Assembly (NCBI RefSeq): GCF_011045215.1
Contig: NZ_CP049201.1
Origin: Escherichia coli
GTDB lineage: Bacteria > Pseudomonadota > Gammaproteobacteria > Enterobacterales > Enterobacteriaceae
Length of the DNA: 64,000 nucleotides
Strand: one strand, 5' to 3'
The translations under genes and the position numbers were made by a program. The notes below the pieces were generated by a model. It did no database searches, had not been told where the DNA came from, and was given only the letters and a program-made list of their open reading frames with translations. Shown in pieces: positions 21,040 through 30,725 of this stretch (position 1 is its first letter; each line of letters starts with the position of its first letter).

Positions 21040-21188
21040 GCTTGTCTCCTCCATGGTAACAATATGTATTTTGCAAATCCGAAATAATATATGTCAATAT
21101 GCTCCAGCTTAGAAAATTACTCGCCCCCCTAAAATATCTCTCTACAGCACTCCAAACCAAGGTAAAAGTTTTATCATAAAACTGTGAT

Positions 21189-21536
21189 TCATACCGGCAC
21201 CTGCGTCCGGTAACTGGTCCCATTAAAAAACACAACATCGATGTTATAGGTGGGGTTATCTGCTCCATCTACCTTTGAAATTGCCAGTGATGCAAAATAC
21301 CCAGCAAACTGTTGCTGAACCATGTTCACATAGTAGTCTGGGTAAATCTGCTGCACGATGCACTGCTGCGCAGGAATACCGTAATTCGCGTAAAACGGCG
21401 ACTCCCCCAATCCCAGCTTTAACGTCTGAATGAGCGTCGTCAGCCAGCCGTAGGAGAAATCACCGTTGGCGTCAGATTCTACTGCAACCCATTTTTTGTT
21501 GCCGTTCGCGTCGGTGACGCGGCCCCATGTTCTCAT
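21189..21536 (-). CDS. Baseplate/tail protein (gp25/W-like position)
   Basis: 115-aa ORF between the spike gene and the J-like gene; positional call. Confidence 0.4.
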   Translation of the reverse strand: MRTWGRVTDANGNKKWVAVESDANGDFSYGWLTTLIQTLKLGLGESPFYANYGIPAQQCIVQQIYPDYYVNMVQQQFAGYFASLAISKVDGADNPTYNIDVVFFNGTSYRTQVPV

Positions 21537-21721
21537 CGTGCCCCCATCACTTTAACTAACTCTGTCAGTACTGGTGAAAAGGCAAATGCTAAAGCTACGA
21601 GTGCAGCGGTGTAATACATGCGTCGTAAGGTATTGCTTTTTGCCACTAATTTTAAGGCTTTCACAATCCAGTCTCCTCCGCTAAAATTAATCACGGAAGA
21701 CCTCCAAACATACGTAATCAT
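21533..21721 (-). CDS. Small hydrophobic protein
   Basis: Track ORF starts at TTG; internal ATG at 21721; one predicted TM helix. Confidence 0.3.
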   Translation of the reverse strand: MITYVWRSSVINFSGGDWIVKALKLVAKSNTLRRMYYTAALVALAFAFSPVLTELVKVMGAR

Positions 21722-21818
21722 CCCTTGCGTATTCAAGGTGAGAAACAGAAAACCCCGACTGGGCCAACAGTCGGGTTTTTCGTTTTATGGTCAGAATTTA
21801 AAGTGAAATGAACCGGTA

Positions 21819-22532
21819 TTAACCAGGATTTGGTTTCTTCGACGTAATCGTGCTGCTGCCGCTTTGAACACCAGTCACATCGTGGCTGTGGCCGCTGACG
21901 CTCACGCCGTTGATAACTGCATCCATCTCGACATTAAGAGGACCAATCAGCGAAGCGGTTGTATCCTTCATCTGGGCTTTGTCCTGGACGATCGGTCCGT
22001 TGAGGTGAATTTTCCCGTTCAGGAAAATATCTTCGGCCTCGAGGTAAACAGCTTTCGACTTTTGCCTGATTTCTTCCAGAGCCACCATTACCGAGCTACT
22101 GCCGTCCTCTGTTTTGAGGATCGCGCCATCCGGACCGTACAAAACGATTTTTTGCGGATCTTCGTCGGACCACTCCTTGTTTGCCAGTGGCACGAAAAAC
22201 AGGGGAGTGAGCGACATCGAGTAAGAAAGCGTTGCCATACCGGTTCCCAATCCGGACACACCGCGCAGTGATACATCAGCGGCAATTGTTACTCCTCGAT
22301 CGCCCGGCTGTATCGGGTAACGGATATACGGGAATGTGGCGACAGGGATTGTTATCTGCGGGAAGTTGATCCCCTCCGGCAACATATCAAACTGAACTGT
22401 CACTATTTGCCCGCAGATATCGACAACATGGCAGGGCAATTCGCGGCCTTTAAGCTCGGCTTGTTGGTTACCAGAACTGGTCATCATCTCCGACAGTGTT
22501 CGGAGAAACGGTAATTTTTGAGCGTTTGACAT
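21819..22532 (-). CDS. Baseplate spike / gpV-like protein
   Basis: 237-aa ORF with spike-like C-terminal region (GHSHDVTGVQSGSSTITS); baseplate context. Confidence 0.55.
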   Translation of the reverse strand: MSNAQKLPFLRTLSEMMTSSGNQQAELKGRELPCHVVDICGQIVTVQFDMLPEGINFPQITIPVATFPYIRYPIQPGDRGVTIAADVSLRGVSGLGTGMATLSYSMSLTPLFFVPLANKEWSDEDPQKIVLYGPDGAILKTEDGSSSVMVALEEIRQKSKAVYLEAEDIFLNGKIHLNGPIVQDKAQMKDTTASLIGPLNVEMDAVINGVSVSGHSHDVTGVQSGSSTITSKKPNPG

Positions 22533-23539
22533 TACACCCTCGCCCAGTTCTCAGCATATGCCTCAAATACCGTCACCCAGGCATCGCCATCGGCTGTCAG
22601 ATACGAACCAATGTGTCTGACTGATTTCACAAGAAATTTCCCGGTGAACGTGGTCGAATTTTTTGCGATAACGCTGGGTACCGTTGTATTAGCCATCACA
22701 ATCGACGCAGCGCCAGAATATAGCCCCTCCGGCAGTTTAACCACATCACCACATCTGATATCGCCTCTCATAGGGCATTTGAAACTGACGGTAAACGGCG
22801 CTATCCATGTCGGCTGCCCGACCAGTTCATGGGCATGAATTGTTTTTGGCTCACCCCACTTTGCCGATGCGTTATCGTAGATTCGTATTCTGTCGGAAAG
22901 AATACTGATGGCGATTCCGCTATACCTTTCATTACGCATCATCGCAATAGAGGCGTTTTTTACGACCATAGCCAGCGAACCAATCTCCGTATATTTGCCC
23001 GTCCACGGCTCTGGCAAAACCAGGTTGTCGCTGACTGTGCAATCAATAAGTTTATTGGGATATGCTTTTTGCAAAGCGCGGACTAAAACATCGCCCACCC
23101 TTTCCCCTGCTTCCCCCTGCCCCTCAATTGAAAAAGGTTTACCGTCATCGGTTTTGCGTATGCTTGGATTTATTACCAGGTTTAAAGTCTGGTTCGTGCC
23201 GATCCAGTTGGCATAGGCCAGATAAATTTCACCATAGATTACCTCCCCCTGTTGATCCTTATTTGCCAGTGGTAACCCCTGAACAAAGCCTGCTTTCATA
23301 CGTACCAGACAACCCTGCAAACTTACGCTTTGCTTCAGCATGTCAATTGGTAATCCATAGATCGTCAGCATCGTACCCGAACAGACTACATCCAGGCCGG
23401 TTACTTCAAAGTCAAATTCAACATGTAACCCACATCCTGGTGTTTCATTGGTATCAAAAGGTCCAATGGGTTTTCCATTGCTATCCACTGGCGGCTTGCC
23501 TGTTTTAGGATTAATAATTTCCAGTCGGTAATAACGCAT
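22532..23539 (-). CDS. Tail/baseplate hub protein
   Basis: 335-aa ORF between the tape measure and the spike; positional. Confidence 0.45.
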   Translation of the reverse strand: MRYYRLEIINPKTGKPPVDSNGKPIGPFDTNETPGCGLHVEFDFEVTGLDVVCSGTMLTIYGLPIDMLKQSVSLQGCLVRMKAGFVQGLPLANKDQQGEVIYGEIYLAYANWIGTNQTLNLVINPSIRKTDDGKPFSIEGQGEAGERVGDVLVRALQKAYPNKLIDCTVSDNLVLPEPWTGKYTEIGSLAMVVKNASIAMMRNERYSGIAISILSDRIRIYDNASAKWGEPKTIHAHELVGQPTWIAPFTVSFKCPMRGDIRCGDVVKLPEGLYSGAASIVMANTTVPSVIAKNSTTFTGKFLVKSVRHIGSYLTADGDAWVTVFEAYAENWARV

Positions 23540-23805
23540 TACGAAACCTCAAACTGATTCGTACTTTCGCGAAAAACAAGTTTCCCCGGTGAGCAAGGCA
23601 GCGCCAGATTGATGTCGTAACTGTCTGGTGACGCGATCAAAGGCATGTATACAATCACGTCGCCTGAACTGTCTTTCAGTTCCAGGTAGTAACGATTTGC
23701 ATACAGATTAAACGGAACGCGGGCGAATGTTTCATATTCTCCGATTCTGGCCGTGAACTGAAATGGTCCTCGCCCGTCAGGTTTGAAAGGAATTAACGTT
23801 GTCAT
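23539..23805 (-). CDS. Tail protein (small)
   Basis: 88-aa ORF with stop/start overlap to neighbours in the tail operon. Confidence 0.4.
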   Translation of the reverse strand: MTTLIPFKPDGRGPFQFTARIGEYETFARVPFNLYANRYYLELKDSSGDVIVYMPLIASPDSYDINLALPCSPGKLVFRESTNQFEVS

Positions 23806-24470
23806 AAGCCAAAACCAAACTCCTGCACGACCTGGTTCTTAATACCTGACCACGATAGCGCCCCGTCTGACGGCATCCCTTTATCAAATTTATCCAGAAC
23901 GCTCGCCAGCGTTTTTACCGTTTGTTCGACAGACGACAATGGTTGCTCAAACTCAATCTGCCAGGTGTGCTGAACCTGCTTGTTCTGCTCAGAGAAACCG
24001 GATGTATCGATAAACGACCGCATCAGACAGCGCGTGTAGATGAAAGATGGCGTCATTACGGTGTAACAACCGCCATACTGGTTATGCATATCGAGCGCCA
24101 TTTTCAGCGCCGTAAACGTCATCCCCTTAGTGGTGTAGCCACCGTCCTCCGTTGATACCGGACGGATCATCTGCATGACTACCCGGTTAGGCTTCCTGAC
24201 GGTCGCATTCGCTGCCGTTACCTGGTTATAGAAATTCAGGTTGCAAATATCCTGCTGGACCAGCGTTGTCCCGGCCATTGGCGTGAATGCCGCCATCGAG
24301 CGTGTATGAATCTCTCCATGCAGCAGACCGTTCGCGATACTTAGTCCTTCGGTCAGAACAGCAATCGGCATCACCCCGCCGGGAATTTTCGACGCTATGC
24401 CATCAACTAAAAGAATGGGCGAAACTTCAAACGCCAGTTTGAAAGCTTGTCCAAAGTAATTAAGTGACAT
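23802..24470 (-). CDS. Tail protein
   Basis: 222-aa ORF immediately downstream of the tape measure gene. Confidence 0.4.
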   Translation of the reverse strand: MSLNYFGQAFKLAFEVSPILLVDGIASKIPGGVMPIAVLTEGLSIANGLLHGEIHTRSMAAFTPMAGTTLVQQDICNLNFYNQVTAANATVRKPNRVVMQMIRPVSTEDGGYTTKGMTFTALKMALDMHNQYGGCYTVMTPSFIYTRCLMRSFIDTSGFSEQNKQVQHTWQIEFEQPLSSVEQTVKTLASVLDKFDKGMPSDGALSWSGIKNQVVQEFGFGL

Positions 24471-24473
24471 CTT

Positions 24474-26447
24474 TTACCCCGGTATTTGTTGCGTTCCGGC
24501 GAGTTGTGCCAGTATGTCGGAACCCGGCGATTGTCGCACCTGAAGCTCAATTATTGCGCGGGCATTTTTGCCAGCACCCTGAAGGTTATCTCTGGCATTT
24601 CTTAGCTGATTCATAATACCAGGGTGTTGATCCAAAGCTCCCTGTATCTGAGGCAATAATTTAATTAAATATTTTACAGTCTCCATTCTCAAACTTAGAT
24701 TTCCATCTCTATCAATACGACCTCCGTTATATGCCGTAAGCATTTTTGCCACATCGCCTTTATAACGCCGGTTCAGATCATTTAAAAAGCGGCCAGCCGC
24801 AAGAGTGGATTTATTTGGGTCATAAACATCATCACCCACCAGACCATACTGTTTTGCGGTGCTATCCCAGAATTGCCACAACCCCTTAGCGAATCTACCT
24901 TTTTCATCTGGAGTTCCTCTTGCCAGAGGATTCCACGAAGATTCAACCTCCGCGATAGCTGACATCATATTTTTAGGAAGTCGATAAGTATTATTGGCTT
25001 GCTCTACAAAGTTCTGAATATTTCTCTTTAAATCATTAGGCATACGGTAATTTTTATATACATCATCCTGTTTATAAAACTCACCCGTATACTGATTTGT
25101 CATCGGGTTTGCTCCCGGCAACGCACCACCGAGATATTTATTCCCAAATGCCGCAAGAACTGGATCTGCCTGTTCAGCACCAACTCCGGTTCCGGGGAGA
25201 TATTTATCTTCCCCACCGATCCATTTGATAGCTGACCATATTGCTTTTGCAATCCGGCTCACCGCCAGAGAAAAATCGTCAAGATCATTTTTAAATTGTT
25301 CGCTATTCAGCCACTTACCAAGTTTCTCCAGCCCTTCGCCAGCCTCAGTGAGAATTTTCTGAAAATTTCCACCATTCAGAAAACCTTCAATATTGGATGT
25401 CAGCCCATCAGATGCACCTGTGATTAGTGGGTTATATCTGGCGAGAGCTGCATACCAGGAATTTGATATTCTGTTTCCATTTACCATCAGGTTACTCACC
25501 GTATCCTGATAACCTGACTGCATAGCTGGCGTGAGGTAAGCACCGAGCAACCTGGTATTTGATGCAAATTTCTCGTTCAGTTGGGGGATCTTGTCCAGAT
25601 TCGCTTCCACCTGGTTAGTTGTCGCGACATCAACAAATCCAAGCCCTTGTCCGTTGAGAATCCCCTGAGTAAGTCCTGAACCTTTATATTGCTTAACGAG
25701 AGATGCAAGCGCGCTCATAAGTTTGGGCAGATTCTTTGCTGCACCATCTCGAGGATCAATTCCAAGACTGACCAGACCAGCATAGTTTGGATCATTCGGA
25801 TTTTTCTGTGCGTTCGCCAGATGCTGAACCAGTTCTTCTGTGCCAGAAAAATATGGCGAATAGGTGGCACGTGCGGCCTGCATCTGTGCGGTTTCCATAC
25901 CCAGCCCCTGAGCCACGCTGTATTGCGCTGCAACCTTGCTCGCCATATATCCGTACCCGAAAGCACCGACCGAACCAAGCGCCGCAATTTTGCTCCCCCA
26001 GGATACAGTCGTTTTAAACAGCGTTTTCAGTCGTGAATTGGTCGTTTTAAGCGTTGAATTGATCTGCTTGTAAGTTTTCAGCGTCCCCTGAGCGTTTTTA
26101 CCCAGACTACTGAGATACTTATCAAACATCGTTTCGCCGCGACCTTTATAGTTGCTCACCAGCGAATCAGGTGTTTTTCCGCTACCGACAAAGCTCCCTT
26201 TTTCATCCCTTAAACGTCCATCGGTGGGCGCAGGTGAAGATGGTTTCCTGGGAGCCTGATTGGCTTCTCCGCCCGAGGTTGCCTGCTGCGTGCCACCTCC
26301 TAGACCTGTATTTGAAGGTATTTTAAGCGGCGTCCCCGCAGGGCCAATCATCAGCCCATTGCGATACTTTTCAAATATCGCCTCAAGTCGCTTAAGGTGT
26401 TCTTCATTAACGTCCAGTGTCAGAACTGGCATCTGATTACCTGACAT
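24474..26447 (-). CDS. Tail tape measure protein with lytic transglycosylase (SLT) domain
   Basis: 657 aa; SLT-like motif ...SAIAEVESSWNPLARG...GLWQF; follows the frameshifted chaperone pair. Confidence 0.7.
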   Translation of the reverse strand: MSGNQMPVLTLDVNEEHLKRLEAIFEKYRNGLMIGPAGTPLKIPSNTGLGGGTQQATSGGEANQAPRKPSSPAPTDGRLRDEKGSFVGSGKTPDSLVSNYKGRGETMFDKYLSSLGKNAQGTLKTYKQINSTLKTTNSRLKTLFKTTVSWGSKIAALGSVGAFGYGYMASKVAAQYSVAQGLGMETAQMQAARATYSPYFSGTEELVQHLANAQKNPNDPNYAGLVSLGIDPRDGAAKNLPKLMSALASLVKQYKGSGLTQGILNGQGLGFVDVATTNQVEANLDKIPQLNEKFASNTRLLGAYLTPAMQSGYQDTVSNLMVNGNRISNSWYAALARYNPLITGASDGLTSNIEGFLNGGNFQKILTEAGEGLEKLGKWLNSEQFKNDLDDFSLAVSRIAKAIWSAIKWIGGEDKYLPGTGVGAEQADPVLAAFGNKYLGGALPGANPMTNQYTGEFYKQDDVYKNYRMPNDLKRNIQNFVEQANNTYRLPKNMMSAIAEVESSWNPLARGTPDEKGRFAKGLWQFWDSTAKQYGLVGDDVYDPNKSTLAAGRFLNDLNRRYKGDVAKMLTAYNGGRIDRDGNLSLRMETVKYLIKLLPQIQGALDQHPGIMNQLRNARDNLQGAGKNARAIIELQVRQSPGSDILAQLAGTQQIPG

Positions 26448-26739
26448 TCAATACCCCTCCCGGCGTCGTGCATTTACGCAGCTCACGAAACTGAGCTGCT
26501 GTTTTTACATTCAGACCGGAATTTGCCCAGATGTCGCTGAATCCGTCTCCGGCTGAGTAGTCGAGGATGTCGCTGATAACGTGCTCGCCGTCGCGCCAGA
26601 ACTGGCGACAGGCTTCAATGTCGGCAATGAAGCAATCCATTCCGTAAGACTCAAGGATGAAGTGCGACTGTTCCACATTCCACTGACTACCAGCATCATC
26701 TGTTCCGTCTGCTCCGGTGTGTTTATCGACGAGACGCAT
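26437..26739 (-). CDS. -1 frame C-terminal extension of the tail assembly chaperone (GT-like fusion segment)
   Basis: ORF in -1 frame relative to 26511..27128; -1 frame is closed by a stop just upstream of the U8 run (plus 26742-26749); ends 10 nt before the tape measure start. Confidence 0.55.
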   Translation of the reverse strand: MRLVDKHTGADGTDDAGSQWNVEQSHFILESYGMDCFIADIEACRQFWRDGEHVISDILDYSAGDGFSDIWANSGLNVKTAAQFRELRKCTTPGGVLNVR

Positions 26740-27128
26740 GTAAAAAAAACGAGTTCACCTGCCACATCATCAAATTCAACGATGCCGCGCTCTAGCGCCA
26801 TATCAAGCGGGATCGTGTCGTAGCCTTTCCCTTCGACTGGGTAAACCAGATTCGCAAGACGAATGATTTCATTCACGAGCGTATTGCGAACGCCCTTTTC
26901 GCCATCCCAGATATTCATATCTGAGGAGATCCGTTCCAGCATAAGGCAGGCGATACGCGGCCCCGAAACGACGCCAAGACCTTCTGAAAAAATGGCAGAA
27001 AAGGTTTTACTCAGAATAAAGAAATGCTCTTTAAACACCTCTTTGCTGATCGGCGTGGCATGGATCCAGCCGTTCCCCTTTTCTGTCCGGACAGGAATAA
27101 TCAGATTCAAATTTCGCGCGATTTTCAT
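26511..27128 (-). CDS. Tail assembly chaperone (G-like, zero-frame product)
   Basis: Track ORF 26511..27140 (GTG); ATG at 27128 overlaps tube stop (ATGA); contains the slippery run. Confidence 0.6.
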   Translation of the reverse strand: MKIARNLNLIIPVRTEKGNGWIHATPISKEVFKEHFFILSKTFSAIFSEGLGVVSGPRIACLMLERISSDMNIWDGEKGVRNTLVNEIIRLANLVYPVEGKGYDTIPLDMALERGIVEFDDVAGELVFFTCVSSINTPEQTEQMMLVVSGMWNSRTSSLSLTEWIASLPTLKPVASSGATASTLSATSSTTQPETDSATSGQIPV

Positions 27129-27568
27129 ACCAGATCCCACATTTCAGAGTTGATGTAATACGTACCGGTAATGGTGATGGCTACACCAGGCTCGCCCCCG
27201 GCGAAGGTCATATCCTGCACGTTGGTGATCGCCGTGTTATAGATATCGAAGTCACCGAATACCGTGCTGTCGCTATACACTTTTGCGTCGCCGATCGTGG
27301 CGTTCTTTTCCCATTGAGCCTTGAATTGTTTCCCCAGCGCCTGGCTACGCAGCAGATGAACACGCGCCTGTAAAATCATGTATGGCTGCGGCGACTGCAC
27401 GGCTCCCGTCATGGCGGGTAAAAACTCCGTGATATTGCCCTGAAAGGACAATTCGACGCCTTCTTTTGCCAGAAATGAGGCGGACACATTCAGTTCGGAA
27501 TGAGAGGTGAATTTAACGCTGGCGCGAACCCGGTTAAGGGTGCCAACGGGGATCATTGGATTAGGCAC
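27125..27568 (-). CDS. Tail tube protein
   Basis: 147-aa ORF between sheath and chaperone; GTG start with GAGGGA upstream. Confidence 0.55.
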   Translation of the reverse strand: MPNPMIPVGTLNRVRASVKFTSHSELNVSASFLAKEGVELSFQGNITEFLPAMTGAVQSPQPYMILQARVHLLRSQALGKQFKAQWEKNATIGDAKVYSDSTVFGDFDIYNTAITNVQDMTFAGGEPGVAITITGTYYINSEMWDLV

Positions 27569-27579
27569 GGTTCAGTCCC

Positions 27580-28917
27580 TCACGAAAGCTGCATTGTCAC
27601 ATTGATGTTAAAAATGATTTCGACAAATCCGCGCATCGGCGTATAGGAGGCCGAAAGGCCCGCATAACGCCCGATACCGTAATCATTCGGATTCGTGTTG
27701 ATATACTGGCGGAAAGGCACTGCATCTACGACAGGCTGGCCGTTGACCAGGCCGTAAGATACGCCCGTATTGAACACCGCCTGTGCGACCTGCTGCAGAC
27801 GGTCGATCCCGTCCTGGTTGTAGTAAAGCGGGTTAATTGGGTTATTGCAGCCGTTGATCACCGCGTTGGCGAGCTGCATATCGACGTTAATCTGCACCCA
27901 ATCCACGGAATACCAGTACGTCATATCGTTACCGTCACTGGTAACGCCTTTCACCAGGATCGTGTTGGAGATTCCACCCTCAGCACCCGTTTCGATGTAG
28001 TTAATATTCTGCTTCGTCATCGTGGCCAGAATGGAATTTTTGCCCTTGTGGGCGTTTACCGCCTGTAAATAGCGAAATGCCATCGGCGGCACCTTGTTGA
28101 TTTCTGAAGGTGATGCGGAAACATAGTTCCACATTACGGCTGCTGCCGCGTTTGTCGCCGGGTACGTATCATCCGCCGTTGCAATAACCGACTTAATACC
28201 GGCATAAGGCGAAACGTAATTCGTGTCGTCCGGCGTTTTCGTCAGCACGAAGAAATACTGCATCGCTTCGTTGGCGGTGTGGAGTTTTGCCAGACTGATA
28301 AACTCTGCGTCACCATCCCACGGCTGCGGCACCAGATACGCATAAAAACGCAGGAGCGGATCTTCCATATAAGCTTTCAGTGCAGCGATTTCCTTACTGA
28401 CTCCGCCTTTCTGTACTCCCAACTCCAGCAGGTAAATCCCCACTGAATTTCCCTGGGCAAAAAACGTGTTTACTGCCGTCACCAGATTTTCACTGCCAGC
28501 AATGGAAAACTGACCCAGTGTCACTGGCGAACCGGAAAGCTGAGAATCAGCTATTGTCCAGGTCAGTGTTTTTTCATCCGCGACGGTAGCAGTATATTCG
28601 CCGTTCCACGCGTCGGGAGAGCAACCGGAAACGACAATCTTTACCTCAGAACTGTTTTCGCGCCGGATATTACTCCCTTCCGGAAGCGTCATCGTAACAG
28701 TGACGTTTGTCGCAGATTTTCCTGCGGCTGCTGCCGACAGTGCTGCAATCGGATTTTTAACCAGATCGTTGATATCCTGATTACGGGTGAGTAATACGGG
28801 TTTCCCAGGCTCATGAGTCGTGGAGCCAAACGAGAGAACCGCGGACATCTGCTGCAAATTCGAGGGAATGGCCCCGATGGTCTGGGACACATTCACCGTG
28901 ACGATATTAAATCCCAT
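27580..28917 (-). CDS. Tail sheath protein
   Basis: 445-aa ORF directly upstream of the tube gene; contractile-tail gene order. Confidence 0.6.
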   Translation of the reverse strand: MGFNIVTVNVSQTIGAIPSNLQQMSAVLSFGSTTHEPGKPVLLTRNQDINDLVKNPIAALSAAAAGKSATNVTVTMTLPEGSNIRRENSSEVKIVVSGCSPDAWNGEYTATVADEKTLTWTIADSQLSGSPVTLGQFSIAGSENLVTAVNTFFAQGNSVGIYLLELGVQKGGVSKEIAALKAYMEDPLLRFYAYLVPQPWDGDAEFISLAKLHTANEAMQYFFVLTKTPDDTNYVSPYAGIKSVIATADDTYPATNAAAAVMWNYVSASPSEINKVPPMAFRYLQAVNAHKGKNSILATMTKQNINYIETGAEGGISNTILVKGVTSDGNDMTYWYSVDWVQINVDMQLANAVINGCNNPINPLYYNQDGIDRLQQVAQAVFNTGVSYGLVNGQPVVDAVPFRQYINTNPNDYGIGRYAGLSASYTPMRGFVEIIFNINVTMQLS

Positions 28918-29861
28918 TATTTAACCTCATATTTACAAATAACTTTTTCAATCAACTGCCGGGATATTTTCCGGGCGGTGCTCTGGTAGTAATTCACGTC
29001 AAAATCGACAATCTTTTTCTTCGCCAGAGCGTTGATTTCAACCTGTCCCGACTTTGCGTCCTGAACCACCGGAATATTGGTTACACCAAACTTTTCCTCC
29101 TCCAGCGCCCTGTTCACCACCGAGTCGACAAGATCCAGCGCCATTTTGTTGCTGAATCCGTAAAGCGTCAGGCGAACCGAATCCTGGACTAGCTGGAACC
29201 GCTCACCGCCGAAAACAACGGGAGCCACCTGCAACGGAATACTGTTGCGAACATCCACCGCGATATACGGAGGGCGAAGGTTCTGCGGTACCAGGTAAGA
29301 CGGATACACGGTCGCGGCATCTTTCATTTGCAGCCAGATCGGGATGCTGTTGGAGATGATCTGCTCGTCGCTGATATCCTCCTCGCAGTCGATAATCTGA
29401 GAACGCATGGTTGGTAAAATCGCCATGCCGCGATAATGAAAAATACCAGACTGCTGATAACGGCTCTCCATTCGTGAAAAAGCGAACTGGACGCCTCCGT
29501 ACTCACCGAGATAGATCGCATCGGGATTTTCCACATTAAAATCATCAACCTGCTGAACAGGCGTGAAAATAATGTTGTTCACATCCTTCGAGACAGACTC
29601 GTCCTGAATCGCAATAACCTGACGATGCAGGCTGCCTTTGATTTTCAGACGAGTTGGTGACTCAATATTCAGGCGACACAGTTCATCGCAACTGATGATT
29701 TCCGCATTAACCCAATAGACAAAGCCATCCAGCGGCAGAACCTGCCGGACATAGAGCCTGAACGTGATTTCCTGGTCTGACGAGATGGTTTCAACTGCGG
29801 ATTTAAGAACGGACGAGAGCTGCGAACTGTGCTGTTCGGCTAATTCCTCAAGACTCGGCAT
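28917..29861 (-). CDS. Virion structural protein (head-tail joining region)
   Basis: 314-aa ORF between head and sheath genes. Confidence 0.4.
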   Translation of the reverse strand: MPSLEELAEQHSSQLSSVLKSAVETISSDQEITFRLYVRQVLPLDGFVYWVNAEIISCDELCRLNIESPTRLKIKGSLHRQVIAIQDESVSKDVNNIIFTPVQQVDDFNVENPDAIYLGEYGGVQFAFSRMESRYQQSGIFHYRGMAILPTMRSQIIDCEEDISDEQIISNSIPIWLQMKDAATVYPSYLVPQNLRPPYIAVDVRNSIPLQVAPVVFGGERFQLVQDSVRLTLYGFSNKMALDLVDSVVNRALEEEKFGVTNIPVVQDAKSGQVEINALAKKKIVDFDVNYYQSTARKISRQLIEKVICKYEVK

Positions 29862-30303
29862 TATTATCTATCCACGCTATAAAGCTGCCCTTAAACAGGC
29901 CGCCGTCTATGAATGACGGACGCCGCTCTCCGGTATACTTGTCCTTAAGCCTGGAGTTAACGCCCAGTAGCGCGGCCTGAGTTGGCACAGGGTTTCCGTT
30001 AATCGTCATCCCGGCCATTTCTTCAGTTTCAAGAAAAATATGGAAAATCTTCCCGGTCCCTTCCAGAAAATGCTCGCCAGGTAGCGGAGCCTTATACTTG
30101 AAGTGATTGACCAACTGGTACGCCAGTTCAGTACCTGCCTCCTGGATAATCTCGTCCTTATGCATTTCCCAGAAGTGCGTAAAAATTTCGTATCGCTCCT
30201 CGAGGTCACAGGCTACGTCAAACGTGGTTTTTCCCGGTTCGTCGCCGTAGTCATACGGCTGGTCGATAACCCCAAAACAAAGTTTCATGGCGTGTAACCC
30301 CAT
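29848..30303 (-). CDS. Virion protein (head completion/connector region)
   Basis: 151-aa ORF, overlapping neighbours. Confidence 0.4.
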   Translation of the reverse strand: MGLHAMKLCFGVIDQPYDYGDEPGKTTFDVACDLEERYEIFTHFWEMHKDEIIQEAGTELAYQLVNHFKYKAPLPGEHFLEGTGKIFHIFLETEEMAGMTINGNPVPTQAALLGVNSRLKDKYTGERRPSFIDGGLFKGSFIAWIDNNAES

Positions 30304-30725
30304 ACCGTGCCCATCTGCATCAGCACCGCAACAACCTGTCGCCCATACGGATCCTGTAACATCTGCAAATCCAGCAAAGACAGATTACTCAGCGCGTCGC
30401 TGATGGTGATCGAACCCGATGTCCCCTGGTCTGCTGCCGCGCTGACAAGCCCGGTAGCCAGTTTCCCCAGGTTGAGTTTTTTTCTCAGGTCGGCAAACCA
30501 CGAGCCGGGAGCGAAATTCAGGAGAAATGAGGCAGCAGCGTTATAAACCGTTCGCACATAGATGATGGATAAACGCTCCAGCCCCTGATCGTGAGGGATT
30601 AGCTCCATCGCAGACTGAAAGCAACATTCCAGCGTCGGATCATCGTCAGCAATAGCGTGAACCGGTACTTTCATGTCTTCACGAACGAAGCGAATAAACC
30701 CCTCCAGTGACGGACGCAGGGTCAT
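30285..30725 (-). CDS. Virion protein (head completion/connector region)
   Basis: 146-aa ORF. Confidence 0.4.
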   Translation of the reverse strand: MTLRPSLEGFIRFVREDMKVPVHAIADDDPTLECCFQSAMELIPHDQGLERLSIIYVRTVYNAAASFLLNFAPGSWFADLRKKLNLGKLATGLVSAAADQGTSGSITISDALSNLSLLDLQMLQDPYGRQVVAVLMQMGTVWGYTP

